Assembly (NCBI GenBank): GCA_001643675.2
Contig: LSRY02000027.1
Location: forward strand, 558,001-622,000
Reading direction: 5' to 3'
Length of the DNA: 64,000 nt
Source: Monocercomonoides exilis PA203
Taxonomy: Eukaryota > Protista > Preaxostyla
Below, piece after piece: positions 26,643 through 35,000 of the stretch; the first letter of the stretch is position 1, and the number at the start of each line of letters is the position of its first letter. The notes under the pieces are model-generated. The model was given only the letters and a program-made list of their open reading frames with translations, ran no database searches and was not told the DNA's origin. The position numbers were made by a program, and so were the translations under genes.

Positions 26643-26811
26643 CCAACTGAACTGAAATGAAAATTACGATATAATTTAACGGTGATGTGAAGATGTTATG
26701 AAAAATGGAGTGAGTAACATGGCGCAAATTACAAACGCGCCTGAAGAGATAGGAAAATAAGTGGAAACTACAATATCATTCGCAATGGGGTGGGATTAAT
26801 ACGCGGCGGGA

Positions 26812-26916
26812 AGAAGAGAAGGAAGTGAGAGTCATATTTTCTTTTTTAATCAAAGCACATGTACTTTGATTCAAAAGAAAACATTCTCTCACTTCCTTCT
26901 CTTCTGTTTTGAGAGA
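26812..26916. repeat. DIRS internal complementary region (ICR)
   Basis: Juxtaposes the complement of the element 3' end (26572-26609) and of the 5' end (31199-31266) across a TTT-A-ATC junction at ~26845-26851. Confidence 0.92.
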
Positions 26917-29900
26917 AATACTTAATTGGGAAGACGTGATGCATCAAAAGGATTAAGTAGATTAAGAGATCTCCGTTTTTCAGCATTTTTTGTAGTAACT
27001 CTTGCTTTGCTTGTGATCTGGTTCTTATAATAAACTGAACGGATTTTTCTTGGATGACTTCTCGTTCGATCTTTCTTTCAATCTGGTTCTTCTCTTTAGG
27101 TTCTTCAATGCTGTTGTCTTCTGGTTCCTCGATTCGACTTGGCTTTAGACAATCCGTTTTTGAATTTAAGACAGCTTTTCCCTGATTGCTGCAAAATCTG
27201 TTGTTTTTCCATTTTATCTTCAACATTCGTGCACGTTTTTTCATGTGTGAAGATCCTGAATCTTCGCTTCTATCCACTTCCTCCTGTTCGTTCTCAGCTG
27301 TGGTTGAATCCTCGTTGTCATTTCCACTTGCATAACTTTCTTCTGATCTTCTCAAGTTCACAAACTGTGGATCAGCTGAGTCACTTTGCATTTCTCTTTG
27401 AACATTGCTTTCGGTTGATTGAACTGCAATAGCTCTTGCACAAGAGGAAGAAACATCTGATTGAAAATAGTAGTTCGTTATTGTATCGCTTCGCGGAGAC
27501 AGCCTTGCGAACTTTGCAACTTGTGCTATGGGCATCCCAGACATCGTTAAGGCAGATATTGAAGCGTGCTTTAGTGAATATGGTCCGAAACATTCAGGAA
27601 TACCTGCCTTATGAATGATTTCAGATGCAAGTTTTCTCAGGGCTCTTGAAGATAGGGGCTTTTTTGTTGTTTCGTTCAAAAACAAGTGGTCAGAATTTGT
27701 TTGTATCTTTTCCACTCTTAACCACAATTCCTTCACAGCTGATGCAGGACAAATAAATGGTGTTTCTTGGAGGAATGGGATGATGATATCCGTTCTTTCC
27801 GTTCCGGTCTTCAATGAGGTATCAAGGGCGATTGAGTCCTCTTTTATTGTGGAATGTGAAAGGCTTATTCTTTCGAGTTCAGTGAAGCGGCATGCAGAAA
27901 AGAGGATACATAGGCAAATTGTTTTCTTCATGAGGGTTTCATTATCCAGATGTTTGTTTTCACCTAAGGTTGCTATGTGGTCCAAAAGAACTCTTGGATT
28001 CCATATCGGAGGCTTGTTTTTCTTCTTTCTTCTTTCAAGTCTTTTGAAAGATCGGAAAAGAATCTTCATTAGTGGATAATCTGCTAACTGCTTTTCGAAT
28101 AAAAGTTGAGACGCAAGAGAGATTGCTGAACGTGTTTTGCATAGTGAAGACCATTTTTGTCCCTTGTCGTGAAGTCTAAGAAAGATATCCGCACATTTTA
28201 TAACCCAGTCAAACCAATCACTTGGAGGTGGACCATAGTTGCACACAGCCCACTCTTCTCCGAAACGAGCGAAACTTAGTAAATATCCGTTCCATGTTGA
28301 TGGCGAGAAGCTGGATTCGCACAGATTAACCATATCAATTGGATATCCTTTCGTCTGAAGGATGGCTTTGAACCAACCTTCTCCGTTTGATGCTAAGGAT
28401 TTATCAAGATTGCACGCAGTTTCCCTGGTGGAAGACAAGCATCCATCTTCTTCATCAGTGGTCCTGGTATTAGAAGATCGCTCAGGTTCTTCGATGTCCA
28501 TTCGACATGATTCGTTTCTCTCAACAGCGGTTCCCATATTTGGCCCTTCCAATCGGGAAGAAGGAGAAGAACTCGAGCTTGTTCGAGAATCGTTTTCCTG
28601 ATTGTCGGGAGAATGAGTGGAATGGGTGGGTGAGCGAGAACGGTTTCTCCATACCAAGGCTGTTGAAGGCCATCTTCGTTTATATGGCTTCTGGGACCGC
28701 ACCATCGATAAGCTTTCTTGTTCCACGCAGTGGCAAACGCATCCAGTGTTATTTTCACTTGTATCTTCTTCACAAGTTCTCGAAAGGCTTCCTGTCTTAT
28801 TTGATAGTCTCCTCCCCTTTCTAATCTTGAAAGGGAGTCGGCTCTCCCGTTTTTCTTTCCCGGAATGAGCTGAGCCTTCATTTGAACTTTCATCGCTTTC
28901 ATATGCCTCCATATCTTTGTGAGAAGCCTTCGAAGGTTTGTCCCTGCATGCCATCTGTTTATGTTGAAGACCGATGTTGAGTTGTCCGATCTTAAAAGAA
29001 GTTTGCTGATGTGGTTGGATGACAGTGTGGGAGTGAAATGGATTAACGATTGAAGGATTGCCCACATTTCTCGATAATTGGAGCTTTGGTTTTGTTGCCA
29101 ACGTGGGAGTGGACGATGGAAGTCGTATTCTTTGTTTCTTATTCTTAAATAGGCTCCAATTGCTTTTCTTGATGCGTCCGTTGTGAGGATTGCTTCTGGA
29201 AGAAACAGAGGACAAAGCTGCCTGGGAATATTGGCCTTCAATTTCGATATCCATTTTGTTAGACTTGGGAGGATTGAATGGTTGATCTTCATCCTCCCAT
29301 TCCATCCTGTTCTCGAGACCATGCCGTTCAGAGTTCGATACAGAGTTGAAAGAAAAAGAGAAGCTTCCTGAAATACGAACCTTGTGGCGTTCAGTTTTCC
29401 AATGAAGGCTGCCAGATCTCTCACTCTCACTTCTTGTGTTTTGAGGGACATCTTTCTCCATTTGAAACATTCCCTTGTCAAATGATTCATTCTTTTCCTT
29501 TCTAACGCAACATGAAAATGGCCTGTGTCCCAATCGAATCCTAAATAGGTGAAGCTTTGTGATGGCATCAGGTGACTCTTTTCTTCGTTCACAAGCAAAC
29601 CAAGGCTTTTGAGGAGAGAGACAACTCTCACAGTTATCCATTTGAGTTTTCTTTGATCTTGGTGAAGAAGTACAATATCGTCCAGATAAGCGATTGCTCT
29701 TACGTTCCATTTCTGACGAATGAATGTTATCACTTTTCTCATGATTTTTGTGAAGATTCTTGGAGAATCTTTGTATCCAAATGGCATTCCGTTGAAACAG
29801 TAGTAATTCTTGTCGAATTCGAAAGACAGAAAAGGCTTGAAATTGTCGTCCACCTTTATCAAGTAATAGGCTTGGCTTAGATCGATGGTTGTCGCATAAT

Positions 29901-30460
29901 CTCCTTTTGCAATAATTCGTTCCACTGCCCTGTAATCCTCCAATTTGAAATGAAAAGACTTTGTTGCATCGTTCAGCTTTCTGCAATCGATTATTTGCCT
30001 CCATCCACCTTGTTTTTTCCTTATGACAAACACTGGGTTTAAGTGTTTCACTTCTCTTTTTGGTATCTTTTGAATAATGTTCGTCTCGAGCTGCTCCTGT
30101 ATAAGCTTTTCCATCGCAATCGTTGCTTCCAGTGACTGTTGTGGACAATGAGCTACATTCTTTGCATTGATTAGTCTCTCTCTGGCTTTTTTGCTTTTCC
30201 AAATTGGAATAACACCTCTCTTTATCAGCCTTTCCCCACCTATCCTTCTCCATGCATCTCCAAAAAATGCCGTTCTTCCTCCAACTGTTGAATGCAACTG
30301 GCTTAATTTGTTCTCGCTCCCCTGGATCGCTGCTGTGAAGGGCTTCTGTTGTAAGTGCTTGCTGATCTTCTCCCTGCATACGACCGGGGGCCCGAACGAA
30401 AAAATTGTGAATGTTGATCTCTCTGACTGGTTCTGTCTTTTCCATAATATCTTTTTCCAA
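26846..30460 (-). CDS. DIRS tyrosine recombinase ORF (YR domain ~27430-28390; N-terminal ~690 codons overlap pol and gag in another frame)
   Basis: SPSTWNGY N-terminal helix, RSAIS, PPIWNPRVLLDHI, LMKKTICLCILFSACRFTEL (catalytic R), ICPASAV, PYSLKHASIS and ITNYY (catalytic Y). Confidence 0.9.
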   Translation of the reverse strand: MEKDIMEKTEPVREINIHNFFVRAPGRMQGEDQQALTTEALHSSDPGEREQIKPVAFNSWRKNGIFWRCMEKDRWGKADKERCYSNLEKQKSQRETNQCKECSSLSTTVTGSNDCDGKAYTGAARDEHYSKDTKKRSETLKPSVCHKEKTRWMEANNRLQKAERCNKVFSFQIGGLQGSGTNYCKRRLCDNHRSKPSLLLDKGGRQFQAFSVFRIRQELLLFQRNAIWIQRFSKNLHKNHEKSDNIHSSEMERKSNRLSGRYCTSSPRSKKTQMDNCESCLSPQKPWFACERRKESPDAITKLHLFRIRLGHRPFSCCVRKEKNESFDKGMFQMEKDVPQNTRSESERSGSLHWKTERHKVRISGSFSFSFNSVSNSERHGLENRMEWEDEDQPFNPPKSNKMDIEIEGQYSQAALSSVSSRSNPHNGRIKKSNWSLFKNKKQRIRLPSSTPTLATKPKLQLSRNVGNPSIVNPFHSHTVIQPHQQTSFKIGQLNIGLQHKQMACRDKPSKASHKDMEAYESDESSNEGSAHSGKEKRESRLPFKIRKGRRLSNKTGSLSRTCEEDTSENNTGCVCHCVEQESLSMVRSQKPYKRRWPSTALVWRNRSRSPTHSTHSPDNQENDSRTSSSSSPSSRLEGPNMGTAVERNESCRMDIEEPERSSNTRTTDEEDGCLSSTRETACNLDKSLASNGEGWFKAILQTKGYPIDMVNLCESSFSPSTWNGYLLSFARFGEEWAVCNYGPPPSDWFDWVIKCADIFLRLHDKGQKWSSLCKTRSAISLASQLLFEKQLADYPLMKILFRSFKRLERRKKKNKPPIWNPRVLLDHIATLGENKHLDNETLMKKTICLCILFSACRFTELERISLSHSTIKEDSIALDTSLKTGTERTDIIIPFLQETPFICPASAVKELWLRVEKIQTNSDHLFLNETTKKPLSSRALRKLASEIIHKAGIPECFGPYSLKHASISALTMSGMPIAQVAKFARLSPRSDTITNYYFQSDVSSSCARAIAVQSTESNVQREMQSDSADPQFVNLRRSEESYASGNDNEDSTTAENEQEEVDRSEDSGSSHMKKRARMLKIKWKNNRFCSNQGKAVLNSKTDCLKPSRIEEPEDNSIEEPKEKNQIERKIEREVIQEKSVQFIIRTRSQAKQELLQKMLKNGDLLIYLILLMHHVFPIKYFSQNRREGSERMFSFESKYMCFD
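28393..30297 (-). CDS. DIRS pol: reverse transcriptase, RNase H and Dam-like adenine methyltransferase domain
   Basis: RT motifs PVFVIRKKQGGWRQIIDCRKLN, IDLSQAYY, MPFGYKDSP and YLDD. RNase H motifs TTDAS, NYRE, RSDN and ADSLSR. MT-like motifs LDAFATAWN...DGLQQPW...AHPP...LLLPDWKGQIW. The track start is TTG; the frame is open up to 30471. Confidence 0.95.
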   Translation of the reverse strand: MHSTVGGRTAFFGDAWRRIGGERLIKRGVIPIWKSKKARERLINAKNVAHCPQQSLEATIAMEKLIQEQLETNIIQKIPKREVKHLNPVFVIRKKQGGWRQIIDCRKLNDATKSFHFKLEDYRAVERIIAKGDYATTIDLSQAYYLIKVDDNFKPFLSFEFDKNYYCFNGMPFGYKDSPRIFTKIMRKVITFIRQKWNVRAIAYLDDIVLLHQDQRKLKWITVRVVSLLKSLGLLVNEEKSHLMPSQSFTYLGFDWDTGHFHVALERKRMNHLTRECFKWRKMSLKTQEVRVRDLAAFIGKLNATRFVFQEASLFLSTLYRTLNGMVSRTGWNGRMKINHSILPSLTKWISKLKANIPRQLCPLFLPEAILTTDASRKAIGAYLRIRNKEYDFHRPLPRWQQNQSSNYREMWAILQSLIHFTPTLSSNHISKLLLRSDNSTSVFNINRWHAGTNLRRLLTKIWRHMKAMKVQMKAQLIPGKKNGRADSLSRLERGGDYQIRQEAFRELVKKIQVKITLDAFATAWNKKAYRWCGPRSHINEDGLQQPWYGETVLAHPPIPLILPTIRKTILEQARVLLLLPDWKGQIWEPLLRETNHVEWTSKNLSDLLIPGPLMKKMDACLPPGKLRAILINP

Positions 30461-31154
30461 AGGCTTTTGAATTAAAAGATATTTTTGCCCATCTTTTGGA
30501 AGTTGACTCCATTGTTTTCCTGGATTCTTCTAGCAGATCCCATTGTCTTTTGGTTAAAAGTGTAGATGCTGAATCTTCCTTAATTTTCGCTGCTTCGGAA
30601 AATCCGAATCTTGCTTGAATGCGAGCGTTTCTGGCCTCCTTCAGGGCTTGGGCGAGAAGTAAACATGCTTGAGCTATTGGTTCATGAGCTGCATCATCCT
30701 TTTGAGTCTTTGAGTGAGCAAATAATAGTAATTTCATAACTGGGTATAAAAATGTTTCGCATCTTTCCCCAGCTCGGTCTAATGCGTCCTTGAAAGGACT
30801 TGCAGTTCTCACAAAAGGAGGAGGCGCGCAAGATAGAAAGGGTGATAAATCCTCAGTCTTTAAGGTGGAAATTAATTCGTTAATCATTAGATCCGGCAAA
30901 GGCAGATCATATAAGGATAATTCCGGTGGTCTTCCGAATATTTCCAAAAATGAATCTTCCAAATGTGTATCTTCTTCTTGGTTTTCTTCGTCCGAAGTTG
31001 AAGAAGATGAAGGTTGCAAGGTTGAGAAAGAAGAAGGTTGGGAGGCGGAAAAGGGTCCGGAAAACATCGGAATCCCGCTTGTTGGGCCACCAGGAAGCGC
31101 CGCTGCGCTCGGTTCGGTCGCAAGTCCAGCTCCCAAAGGATTATTCGGAATCAT
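30303..31154 (-). CDS. DIRS gag-like ORF1
   Basis: 283-aa ATG-initiated ORF directly inside the 5' ITR and upstream of pol, with a basic R/S-rich C-terminus. Positional assignment only. Confidence 0.75.
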   Translation of the reverse strand: MIPNNPLGAGLATEPSAAALPGGPTSGIPMFSGPFSASQPSSFSTLQPSSSSTSDEENQEEDTHLEDSFLEIFGRPPELSLYDLPLPDLMINELISTLKTEDLSPFLSCAPPPFVRTASPFKDALDRAGERCETFLYPVMKLLLFAHSKTQKDDAAHEPIAQACLLLAQALKEARNARIQARFGFSEAAKIKEDSASTLLTKRQWDLLEESRKTMESTSKRWAKISFNSKAFGKRYYGKDRTSQRDQHSQFFRSGPRSYAGRRSASTYNRSPSQQRSRGARTN

Positions 31155-31176
31155 CTTTTTTCCTTGATCAGTGATC

Positions 31177-31270
31177 GTGACTTGCCCATAAGTGACGATC
31201 TCTCAAAACAGAAGAGAAGGAAGTGAGAGAATGTTTTCTTTTGAATCAAAGTACATGTGCTTTGATCAAA
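31177..31270. repeat. DIRS 5' inverted terminal repeat with terminal hairpin
   Basis: Reverse complement of 26590-26642 and of ICR 26849-26916. Contains the near-palindrome ATCAAAGTACATGTGCTTTGAT at 31245-31266. Confidence 0.92.
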
Positions 31271-32070
31271 CAAAATTTTTTGGGTTTTTATTGTTTTGAA
31301 ATGGCAATTATTTTTTGGTTGTTAAATTTCACATTAAACTTCTGTGATTTTTTATTTGAGATTATTTTGGCATAGCTGATGAACAATAAATAAATTTTGA
31401 AAATCTTATTTAATAATAAATCTCAAAAATTAGGGATTGAAATGGGTTTTCTTCTGTGAATTGTAATAAAAAACAGAGAAGCAGAGGATGCATTTGCACC
31501 TCAATCAGATAGCATCACCATGACAACGCTTGTTGAGAACATGCCGTTCAAAGAATAAAGAAAATTCGTATTATGAAATATTTTCAAGATGAACACAACA
31601 TCACAAAATTGTTGATAAATCAACAGAAAAGTTTCTTCCTTTCGTTGGAATTCAATACCGCACGTCTTTCCAATAAATATAGATTTCCATCCATTTCCTT
31701 CCCTTTTAACTTACAATAAATCAGTCCATCATTTTTTTCCTATTTTTTCGAATCAAACTAATTTTAAATTGGCTCACTTAAATTCTCTGCACCATTTTTT
31801 TTTGCAATTTATAAATGTTTTTCTGTCCTCTTTGCAAAAAAATCAAAAAGCTAGGTTTGTAATCATTTTTCAAGTCATTTGCTGCATTTGTGCTGAACCA
31901 GAAAAGCTCAAACATAATTTTCAGCAATTAATGTCCCTACAATTAATTAGAATCTTCGAATTATAAGTTACGAGAATTTTTATTATTCTCTTTAATAACA
32001 ACATGCGCGCAAAGAAATCGTTAATAGAAGTTAATAATAATAAATTTTGGTGTAAATGTATCTTCATTTC

Positions 32071-35000
32071 TCAAGTTGTTGTTGGCATTATTACGTTTGA
32101 AGATGTATTCACTGAAGAAGTAGAAGAAGCAGAAGAAGATGAAGATGAAGATGAAGAAGATGAAGATGAAGATGAAGAAGAAGATGATGATGATGATGAA
32201 GGCTGGTAAGCTGAGCCAGAAGTGAATGACGCGGACGTGAAAGGTCCGCCCGACGAATACCAGTCGTCGAAGCCGTCTCGATAGAACGAGGATGTGGAAG
32301 GAGGCGGATACAGCTCCGAAAGCGACCACACAGAATCTGTGTCAAGCGCCACGGAATATCGCGGTGTGGTCGGTGGCAGCGAAAAAGTCGGGGAAATCGT
32401 CGACGGAACCAGAGGAACATACAGAGAAGAGGAAAACTGTGCGGAGCCTGCTGCGACGGAGGCTGTGGCGGAAGTGATTGCTGCAACTGATGCAGATGCA
32501 TACGTGGAAGAGGAAGAGGAAGAGGAAGAGGAAGAGGAAGAAGAAGAAGAAGAAGATGATGATGATGATGAAGCAGCCAATGAAGGATTTCCTGCTGTTG
32601 CCTGCATTCCGAGCTGTGGAGCAATCGTCGATGCTTTCAATGCAGCCTGCTGCGGATCCATCGTTGCTGATGGCAGACGAGCAGATACAAAAGACATAAT
32701 TGACGCACGGTGAGGCAGAGGCCTCACTGGAACAGCAGTGCCAACAGAAAGCTGTTGCTGGGTGGAAGTTTGCTGTGTGCTGAATGGCTGGGCAGTTGAA
32801 GTGCTGGCAGAAGTGTTTGTGGATGAAAGGTTTTGAGTTGGTGAAGAGACAGACGATGCAAGCGATGCGAAGGATTGCCTGGGAAATGGCAAAGAGGAAG
32901 ATAAAAACGGAGTCTGCGACTGAATCAGAGATGATGAAATGGTGAATGGAGTAGCTGTTCTGTCATCGTCTTTCCTGTCAGTATCTTCGTCTCTATCTCT
33001 CTTTTCTGGTGTAAAGCTCTGATTCGTATTCTGTTGTTGCTGTTGTTGCTGTTGTTGTTGTTGTTGTGCAACTGCAGAGAAAGACAATCCAGGGCTGAAT
33101 AATTGGCTTTTAGTTTCGCTTGCTTCATTTGGGCTGAACTTCTGTGTCTGTTTTGCGTTGTAATTACGTGCAGAAGAAGGTGCAATGTCGAGATGGAATG
33201 GGAAAAAGTGTGGGTCTCCGAGTGTTGCTGAAGTGGTTGCGATGGAATGGCGCCTGTGGTTTTGCTTCCCATTCATTGGCTGTGCTGAGTACTGATGAAG
33301 CGAGCTGTTCTTCAGCGACATTCGCATAGATTGGTATTTTGATGGATCTGTCTGTTCTTCTGCTGCATTGCTTTGACTCCAACGAGAGTTCTGTTCGCTG
33401 TCTGCAGTTGTCTTTGTGCTCAAATGCTTTTCTTTGTCTTTTGTGTCGTTTCGACTTCTTTTAGTCTCATTTCCGATGCGCCTGTGTTTCGTACTTCTCT
33501 TCTTCCTTTCGATTCTCGAAGTGTTTGTGCTTTTTATTTCATCGCTTTCATTTTTCGGCTTTGGTCTGCTCGGACCATCTGAATCGCTGTACTGTTTGTC
33601 AGCGCTATATCCACTTTCTTTTAATTGAGCATATTTTTCTTTATTCAAATTACCTTTTCCACTGTTTTCTTTGTCGCAAACCCCATTTTCATTTCCTCCC
33701 TCTCCTTCTCTTTCTCCTTCTCTTTCTCTTTCTGTGTCTGTCTCACTCTCACTCTCACTCTCCGTCTCCGTCTCCGTCTCGTTTCCCGATTCCAATGCAT
33801 CCTCCGCCTGTCTTCTCTTCTCCACCTCTCCGCTTTCGCTCAGCCCTCTCTTCCTTCTCATCCCTCTTTCAGTCATCGGCCATCTGGCGAGTGACTGCGA
33901 CGGCTGTGAAGGCTGCGGCGCTGTGTCTCCAATCATCCCGAATTGGAAGTCGTGGTGCCCGCGCCGAGGCGAAAGCGCACTGGCCATGCGGAACAGAGAA
34001 GGCACAGGAGACATGTTTGCTGGGCCGGTCGTGTTGATCGCTGCAATCAGCGGCGGCACCCGCGATGAAAGAGAGGAAAGAGACGAGGTGCGGGGCGCGT
34101 GCTGAGAGATGGCTGGTGATTGGGAGCTTCCCTCTCGCTCACTCCCGACTGGCTCAACCGAGGACGACAGATGAGAAGAAGGCGAGCGAGGCACAGAACG
34201 CGATCGCATGGAAGGAGTGAGACCAGTTGGCGGTGTGTGTGGCTGTGCTGTTCCTGAAAAGGAAGAAACAGATGAGACAGATGAAGCAGAGGCAACTGCG
34301 ATTGAGGTGGATGGATTGGGAACTGTAGGACGCGGAGACTGAGAACTCATCAGATCAAATGAGCGTTCGAATGGCAGCACATCCAACTCAGACTGTGATT
34401 GGGATCTCTGCAATGCTGCCTTCTGTGCAGCTGTGTCTTCATTGCTCTTCTGGATGAGCTGATGAAACACGTGCGCCGGCAGTGATTGAGTGAGGAGCTT
34501 GCGCTGGTCGGTTGCGTAGCTTGCAGACACTTCAGAATCTGACTGTGGCTCGTAGACAGCCACCGACGGAGAGGCTGAGCGTGTGGTTGAACGGATTCCT
34601 GCGTCCAACTTTGAAAAAGGAGCAGGCGAGTCACTAAACGGAGGCTGATCCTGCGATTGCTGCAATTGTAGCTGTTGTTGCTGTTGTTGTTGATTCTGCT
34701 GCTGAAGATGCTGTGAAAAGATCTGCTGTTGGTTCTGCTGTATTTGCTGCATCTGTTGCATTTGTTGCATCTGGGGCTGTTGCATGAAGACAGGCGAGGA
34801 AGACGTGGGGAGGAAAAGATAGTGTGGCGAGGATGGGTTGAGTGCAGATATCTGCTCCTGTGCGAATGGAGGAGAAGAGGGAGAGAAGGGGAGCATGAGA
34901 GAAATGGAAGATCGAGAGGAGAGCGAAGGAGTCGAAGGCGACATTGTGGTGGCGGGGGAAGAAGCTGAAGAAGTCGATGGGGAAGAAGAAGAGGTTGGGG

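Larger units (their letters stand above)
26572..31270 (-). mobile_element. Full-length DIRS1-like tyrosine-recombinase retrotransposon
   Basis: Overlapping gag-like, RT/RNaseH/MT and YR ORFs. Exact 53-bp inverted terminal repeat core (26590-26642 versus 31177-31229). Internal complementary region 26812-26916 matches both termini. TTT at both ends on the coding strand, no TSD. Confidence 0.95.

Noticed and set aside
26846-30297. Prophage integrase, retron or DGR-type RT system
   Set aside because: The LTR-class RT with RNase H, gag, ITRs and ICR fully matches a DIRS retrotransposon; there is no template/variable repeat pair.
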